Of a stretch of DNA of 22,489 nucleotides, positions 16,936 to 22,489 are shown piece by piece. The notes beneath the pieces were generated by a model, which worked only from the letters and a program-made list of their open reading frames with translations, did no database searches and was not told the origin of the DNA. Positions within the stretch are counted from its first letter, which is position 1. The number at the start of each line of letters is the position of its first letter. The stretch covers positions 1 to 22,489 of the forward strand of contig JAYSWN010000162.1 of assembly GCA_043718025.1 (NCBI GenBank). The letters run 5' to 3'. Source of the stretch: Pseudomonadota bacterium. GTDB taxonomy: Bacteria; Bdellovibrionota; FAC87; UBA2466. The translations under genes were made by a program, and so were the position numbers.

Positions 16936-19175
16936 AGTGGATTAATAAAACGCCCGACGAAACCTTCGTACAAGGTTTGAAAAGGTGCGTACTTTAGGTA
17001 GCCCGTAATTTGGCCCGCCGGCACTTGAAAGGCCATAAATGTGCCATTGGCGCGGTAGAGTGGTTGTTGTTGGTCATCAATAAAAAGCCGCCATCCGGGA
17101 AGCATCGACTGGCTAAAAAAGACCCACCCTTCGCAATCGGTCTGGAACTGAAAACGAAACTCGTTATCGCCGGTCCATTTAATGGCATGGGGATCAAACT
17201 GGCGCCCCCGTTTAGGATCTGATTCGGCATTAGATTGCGGGCAATGGACGGTTTTTACTTTATCCCAGTCCCATTCTACCCCACGAAAGAAAGCACGATC
17301 TTTTTTAACGGTGGGGGGCCAGTGCAACTGATCTCGCGCTGGATCATTTACGCCGAGATCCGAAAACCACCATAATGCTGAGGAGGGGGAATAAGGGGCC
17401 AAAGCTGTCCAATTCTCTTCGTGATGCGCCACCCGAAATACTTTGGCGTCTTCGGACACGGCTTCGAACAGAGACTGGATGGGCGAATCATCCGCCACGA
17501 CTAACATATTTAATGCGGTTAAGCGCGTCAGTGCCAAGACCGCATCGGCTTTCAATACGGGAAGGATGCCAGTTTCAAAGCGACTATTCTCACCCGTGAG
17601 CCTTCGCATCGAACTTTGAACAAACGGAGTCATAAAGCTATCGTAGCCAAAAAGGGTGGCGCGATGAAATAGCATGTTGGTGCCGTAAATCAGGTAGCGG
17701 TGCGGAAATTCACTTCTAACCACATGGGGGGTGATTTCGAAACGTTCGAGACTGCCCTCAGAAATCACGCTTTTAACGTAGGCCGCAACCGGAACCTCTT
17801 TTTCGATCTCGGCAATGGCGATTGTGCGTTCCGGTGAAAGGCTCCACCAGCATTGCGCCACCCCGGTCAGCAGGGCCACGACCATAAACCTAGTGTGCGA
17901 AATCCTCTGCTTTTCATACAAAACCAGCGCCAACAATAGACCGGCGCACGTGATCGCGATGGGCAGCTCATTGTCCCGCGACACACACGTAAGCGCGATA
18001 CTCGCCAGGAGGATTAGCTTAACGAACGGCGATTTCAATTCAGCTAGAAAATCGTCGTTTGATCGAAAGGCGAAATGAACGGCAAAGAGAACACCGATGA
18101 TGGTGAATTTTTCGGGGTAACGGAACATCGAAAACGGAGGAATATGGCAAAGCCACTGCAACGGGCCAAAGTTACCGAAGGAGAGAACGAACGCCGCCGT
18201 CATTCCCACCAACCAAGGAAGCGAAGTCCTTTGCTTCCAGCTCTTTCTTACGCCTAAGAGGATAAGGAGCAAAAGCACGGTGGGGAGAAAGGGAGTATCA
18301 AAAAGAAAACGCGGCACCCCCGGCGCCGAATTCACGAAAGAGTTTCCAAAGGTTTCCCGGAGTGGGTGTCCAAAAAAATAGGGCGATAGGAAAGTGAGGA
18401 GTCTCAAGGGGTGGAAACTGAACGATAGAATGATTTGCGTCGGAAGGCCCGCACTACGGGTGCTATACGCTAGGGCTAACAGTGCATGGCCATAGATTAA
18501 AATTCCCAGGGCCAGAGTTACCGCCCAGAAAAAAAGCACCTGGCGCTTGTCGCCTTTGGAATAGAGGAAGTAAGAAAGGAATGCGCCTAGTGAAATCGCT
18601 GTAAATGGCTCTCCCGAAAAGAGCAGCAGCCCCCAGAACAAAAGCAAACGTAAAAAGCTTCGCGGTGCCGCGCTACCCTCGAGCTCACTTAAAATCCAAG
18701 CGGCCCAAGTCATTGCGTAGAGGTAATTGTAACCAGCCGTTCCGAAAAGGCTGGTAAAGGGAGCGCCGACAAAGAGCAAGGTCACCATCATTTGGTTAGC
18801 GAACGAAGCGCCGGCCCGTCTGCCCCACCGGGCAATGGCCGTCGCGAATAACGCCAAGTGCATGACCCAAAGCACTTGATACAAAACCAGTGGCGGCAGA
18901 ATTAAACCCAAGGCGTGAAAGGGGTAGAAAAGCGCATTCGTCGTGTTGTAAAGAAAACTGGTTCCCAAATAGATGTAGGGATTCCAAAACGCGATGGAGT
19001 GATTTGCCGCCAATTCACCAAACCAATACCGAAGCTGAGTAAAATAGAACGCGTAGGAATCAGCAGAATAAAAAACCACCTGCCTGAAGAAAAGCGGACC
19101 GTAGAGAATAAAGAAGAGAATACACAGGCTGCTGGGGATGAGGAGGCGGCGGTATTTGGTAAATGTGTCTTGCAT
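16932..19175 (-). CDS. YfhO-like polytopic membrane protein (putative GT-C glycosyltransferase)
   Basis: N-terminal D..(x)..FWNPYIYLG...FYP, many TM helices, FRYPEKF, and C-terminal PGWRLFID....LYRANGTFMAFQVPAG. Confidence 0.75.
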   Translation of the reverse strand: MQDTFTKYRRLLIPSSLCILFFILYGPLFFRQVVFYSADSYAFYFTQLRYWFGELAANHSIAFWNPYIYLGTSFLYNTTNALFYPFHALGLILPPLVLYQVLWVMHLALFATAIARWGRRAGASFANQMMVTLLFVGAPFTSLFGTAGYNYLYAMTWAAWILSELEGSAAPRSFLRLLLFWGLLLFSGEPFTAISLGAFLSYFLYSKGDKRQVLFFWAVTLALGILIYGHALLALAYSTRSAGLPTQIILSFSFHPLRLLTFLSPYFFGHPLRETFGNSFVNSAPGVPRFLFDTPFLPTVLLLLILLGVRKSWKQRTSLPWLVGMTAAFVLSFGNFGPLQWLCHIPPFSMFRYPEKFTIIGVLFAVHFAFRSNDDFLAELKSPFVKLILLASIALTCVSRDNELPIAITCAGLLLALVLYEKQRISHTRFMVVALLTGVAQCWWSLSPERTIAIAEIEKEVPVAAYVKSVISEGSLERFEITPHVVRSEFPHRYLIYGTNMLFHRATLFGYDSFMTPFVQSSMRRLTGENSRFETGILPVLKADAVLALTRLTALNMLVVADDSPIQSLFEAVSEDAKVFRVAHHEENWTALAPYSPSSALWWFSDLGVNDPARDQLHWPPTVKKDRAFFRGVEWDWDKVKTVHCPQSNAESDPKRGRQFDPHAIKWTGDNEFRFQFQTDCEGWVFFSQSMLPGWRLFIDDQQQPLYRANGTFMAFQVPAGQITGYLKYAPFQTLYEGFVGRFINPL

Positions 19176-19450
19176 GGGCGGTATTAAGATTGGCGTTTAG
19201 TTGGTCTTTATTATAAACCGCCCCTGACAATCGTTAACGCAATTTCGAAACCCCTTTCTTTACGACGATATCCAAGCAAGCTCTACTATGATAAATTAAT
19301 TGAATTCACAAAGTTCCCATTCGTAATTAGCCGAACCGTTCCCTTCTTCACTTACTGCTTTTCTTTCTTTTCGCGCCGAGTCACGCGCTTGTGGGCGTGT
19401 GACTAAAATATAACGTCGGGCGGGCACACCGTCCGTTGAAGGAGCCCTAC

Positions 19451-21415
19451 ATGATTCGAGCCCTATCGTTACTGAGCGCCGGACTCTTAGTCTCGGCGAT
19501 CAGTTTAGCTGAAAGCCTAAAGTTTCCGGTTACTACCCGAACCGGAACGGCCGAAGTGAAAAGCCGCCTACTGCCCGTTTCGCGCGGACCGAGCGAAATT
19601 GAGCTTCACCTTCAGATTCCCCAGGTCGATATCAGCGTTACCGACGATGGCTTTCAGCGCATTGAAGCCAACGGTCTCAATACTATTTCTCAGCCTGGCC
19701 TTCCCAACGTACCGACCGCAGGAGCATTAATTGCCATCCCCGCCGGCTACGAGGTGGAGTTGGAAAAAATTCAAGAACGCGAATCTATTGTCGAAGACAT
19801 AGTGATTGAGCCAGCCCAACGCCGTTTCCGTTGTGGTTCAGGAAATGCGGATGGATTTGAATTTAATCGAACGGTCTACGACGGAAACGCAACCTTCCCG
19901 ACGCAAAACCTTCGCCTTGAAGAGGTCGGCGAATTCCACGGCTTAAGGCTTGCCCGCGTCGCCTTCTATCCCGCGCGCTTTCACCCCCAATCTCATCGAC
20001 TAGTGATTAACTCCGAAATTTTAGTTCGAGTTCACTTTAAAGCGGTAGGCACGCCGACGACGGTGGAAATGCCACGCTCAATGTACAACTTGGTTCGCAG
20101 CGTCACGGCAAACGGCAACGGCCTGCAACCTAATGTTCGTTCTCGACGCGGCGCAGAGTCAATGTGGATTGTTGCTGCCGACACATTAACGGACTCCCTC
20201 GCCAGTTTGGTCAGTTGGAAACGCGCCAAGGGCATAAACGTAGAAGTGATCACGGTCTCCGCCGCCGGCGGAACCAAAGAAAAAATTAAGAGCTTTCTGA
20301 AGGCCAAGTTCACGGCGGCCACCGCCAAGCCCACCTATCTACTATTCGTGGGAAACAAAGACTCGGCTCCGGCCTATAAAGAATCGACTTCAAGTGGTGC
20401 TGCCGCTACCGACTGGACATATGCATTGCTTGGCAGCGATGAGAAGATTCCGGCGGTGTTTTACGGTCGTCTGCTCGCCGACAATGTTGGCGAAGTGACA
20501 ACCCAGGTGAACCGTTGGATTGCCTACGAGAAAAATCCGGCCCTTGAAGGCTGGTATTCACAGGCCTCCACCATAGCTTCAAGCGAAGGATCAAATCCGT
20601 CCGACAAAGAGTACGCCGAGCAGATTCAACAAGCATTAAAGGCCGGTACTTACACGAAGACCGACGGATTTTACCAAGGCGAAAGCACGGCGACGGAGAG
20701 CAATATTAATGGCGCGCTGAATGACGGACGTTCCTGGCTCAGTTACTTCGGTCACGGCAGCGGAACGTCGTGGGGCAGCACTAACGAAAGCTACAGCAAC
20801 TCAACCGTAGCCGCCCTAAAAAACGCAAATAAGCTGCCGGTTATTATCGACGTAGCTTGCCAGAACGGTTCGTGGATCAATCTTTCTAAATGTTTTGGAA
20901 AAGCGTGGGTAACGCAAGAGTCGTCAGGCCAAGCCGCTGGCGCAGTCGCTTTTTACGGTGGTTCGGTAAATATCAGCTGGCACGAGCCGGCCGTAATGTC
21001 GGTGGGAATTGCTAAGAACCATTTCGAAAAAAAGATCAATACCCTCGGGGCAAATGTGATTGCCGGACAGCTCTACCTTTTTGAAAAAATGGGAACCGGC
21101 AACAACACTCTCGACAACCTGAAGTGGTACAACCTCTTCGGCGACCCCTCAATGGTAATGCGTACCGCCGCACCGGGCTCATACTCGCTCGAGCATGATG
21201 TTCATCCGGCAAACGGTGGCGGCTTTGAAGTCGCAGTTCACGCCGGTAAGGGGTTAACCATAGCTCTTTCTTCGACCGAAGAAGGCCTGATGGCGGTGGG
21301 AACCACCGATAGTAATGGCTCCGCCGTGTTGAAAGTAAAAGGGGCCCTTTCATCAGGCACTGTGTTGACGGCCAGCGGCTACAACATGGAGACGAAGCAG
21401 GTTTCTGTTCAGTAA
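19451..21415 (+). CDS. Secreted C25 (gingipain) family cysteine peptidase: signal peptide, propeptide, catalytic domain, Ig-like tail
   Basis: Propeptide (PGLPNVP...IAIP), WKRAKG, YLLFVG, catalytic His in YFGHGS (20753-20755) and Cys in DVACQNG (20858-20860), YNLFGDP. GAAGGAG SD before ATG 19451. Confidence 0.92.
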   Translation: MIRALSLLSAGLLVSAISLAESLKFPVTTRTGTAEVKSRLLPVSRGPSEIELHLQIPQVDISVTDDGFQRIEANGLNTISQPGLPNVPTAGALIAIPAGYEVELEKIQERESIVEDIVIEPAQRRFRCGSGNADGFEFNRTVYDGNATFPTQNLRLEEVGEFHGLRLARVAFYPARFHPQSHRLVINSEILVRVHFKAVGTPTTVEMPRSMYNLVRSVTANGNGLQPNVRSRRGAESMWIVAADTLTDSLASLVSWKRAKGINVEVITVSAAGGTKEKIKSFLKAKFTAATAKPTYLLFVGNKDSAPAYKESTSSGAAATDWTYALLGSDEKIPAVFYGRLLADNVGEVTTQVNRWIAYEKNPALEGWYSQASTIASSEGSNPSDKEYAEQIQQALKAGTYTKTDGFYQGESTATESNINGALNDGRSWLSYFGHGSGTSWGSTNESYSNSTVAALKNANKLPVIIDVACQNGSWINLSKCFGKAWVTQESSGQAAGAVAFYGGSVNISWHEPAVMSVGIAKNHFEKKINTLGANVIAGQLYLFEKMGTGNNTLDNLKWYNLFGDPSMVMRTAAPGSYSLEHDVHPANGGGFEVAVHAGKGLTIALSSTEEGLMAVGTTDSNGSAVLKVKGALSSGTVLTASGYNMETKQVSVQ

Positions 21416-21441
21416 GTTTCGTTTTAGCGATTGCCCTTAAG

Positions 21442-21480
21442 AATCCCCCGGGGCCGAAAGGCAGTCGGGGGATTTTTTTT
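21442..21480 (+). terminator. Intrinsic terminator between the convergent C25 peptidase and QC-like genes
   Basis: AATCCCCCG...GCC-GAAA-GGC...CGGGGGATT followed by a T-run. Confidence 0.85.
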
Positions 21481-22228
21481 AGGGAGTCTTAGAGCCTAAC
21501 GCTCGTTCTACGCGCGGAATTTTGACATTGTAAATGGCAGTGCAGTTTTTACCCGTGATCCAAAAGGTGTTGCCGTCGACGGCAATGCCGTCGATCACTG
21601 GGCATTCATCGGGTTTCGGCAATTGATGGTAGTGCGAGGTCTTACCCGTGGCGGGATCGATTCTGAATATTGTCCCCCGGTGTTCGGTAAAACTCGACGA
21701 CCACAAGGAATTGCCATCCCAGGCCAGATCTTCAATGTCGGTTACATCGACCACAATTGTGTTTTTGATTGAAAAGTCTTTGGGGTCCAAACGGTAGATC
21801 TGACGACTGTAATTTCCGGTTACAAAAATATCTTTACCGTTCGAAGCAATACCCCAAGCGTGGACTTCGGGCACACTACCGACTCGCTCAAAAGATAACG
21901 TATCCCCGGAAAGTTGCCCCTTATAAATTCCATTGTCCGAATAGCTCACCACAAAGAGCGAATTTTGAAACCAGGTAAGGCTTTCATTGTAAGCCGAAGC
22001 CGGCGGAAAACGGTTTAGGATGGCGCCATTTTTAGGATTGATCTTCACAATCTCCTTTGGCAAGGAGTGCCATAAAAACCCCTCATGATAGTCGAGCCCT
22101 TCGGAATAGCCGCTATGCGGGATGGTGCGAATAACGGTTAGTTGCTCCAACCGGGGCTTGTTACTTACGACTGGGGGCGCGGCATTTGCGGTGAGAGATA
22201 ACGCGACCGCGAACATAAAGAGCTTCAT
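21479..22228 (-). CDS. Secreted glutaminyl-peptide cyclotransferase-like beta-propeller protein (divergent)
   Basis: Signal peptide, then VIRTIPH..YSEGL, AWGIASNG and VIDGIAVD..FWITGKN, which align by eye with bacterial/plant-type QC repeats (PHD..FTQGL, EGWGL, VLNGIA..TGKNW). Confidence 0.65.
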   Translation of the reverse strand: MKLFMFAVALSLTANAAPPVVSNKPRLEQLTVIRTIPHSGYSEGLDYHEGFLWHSLPKEIVKINPKNGAILNRFPPASAYNESLTWFQNSLFVVSYSDNGIYKGQLSGDTLSFERVGSVPEVHAWGIASNGKDIFVTGNYSRQIYRLDPKDFSIKNTIVVDVTDIEDLAWDGNSLWSSSFTEHRGTIFRIDPATGKTSHYHQLPKPDECPVIDGIAVDGNTFWITGKNCTAIYNVKIPRVERALGSKTP

Positions 22229-22489
22229 GACTCTTCATCGGCCAAAGGCTGAGGATTCTTTAAATTCCGGTTTGCCTATGTTCGCCTTCGGCTTAGGACA
22301 GAGAGATTCTTTATGACGGCGAGTGGAACGGGGGGCGGGGCGCGGATGGACCTCGCGTTGCTCGTGGGGGTTGGGAGGCGCTTCCACCCGGGCGTGATTC
22401 GGGCGGGCAGTACAAGGCCGGGCGTTGGCGGCGTGACTCGTCTCTACTCCACTAGCTTTGCCTTTTTGTCTTGAGGTCGTTGCCCTCAA

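Noticed and set aside
22235..22489. 84-aa minus-strand ORF at the window end
   Set aside because: Pro/Arg-rich with no family motifs, and it begins at the window edge. It cannot be supported without flanking sequence.

Overview
Bacterial chromosomal window of core and housekeeping genes. I see no mobile elements, CRISPR arrays, tRNAs or rRNAs. Gene content suggests a Bdellovibrionota/deltaproteobacterial-type organism, but this is inference. The left arm (- strand) runs lon, a GNAT acetyltransferase, a split Alg14/Alg13-like (PssD/PssE) glycosyltransferase pair, a secreted Zn-dependent phospholipase C/P1-nuclease-fold protein, bcp and a rhomboid protease. The ORF track misses the rhomboid, which appears to start at ATT. 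The middle holds a small secreted protein with a sigma54-like promoter, ahpC, a secreted hypothetical, and an orphan HicB-like protein with long disordered acidic and Gly/Arg-rich extensions behind a hairpin-dense leader of about 250 nt. Next is an ISC Fe-S operon (Rrf2-iscS-iscU-iscA-hscB-hscA-iscX) with two IscR-type operators. It has no fdx, and its Cys-rich HscB carries HSD instead of HPD. The right arm holds two tandem fatty-acid desaturases, a YfhO-like membrane protein, an Arg-gingipain-like C25 protease without an obvious T9SS C-terminal domain, and a divergent glutaminyl-cyclase-like beta-propeller. The best candidates for novelty are the HicB-IDR protein with its structured leader, the RgpB-like protease and the variant ISC chaperone/regulator.
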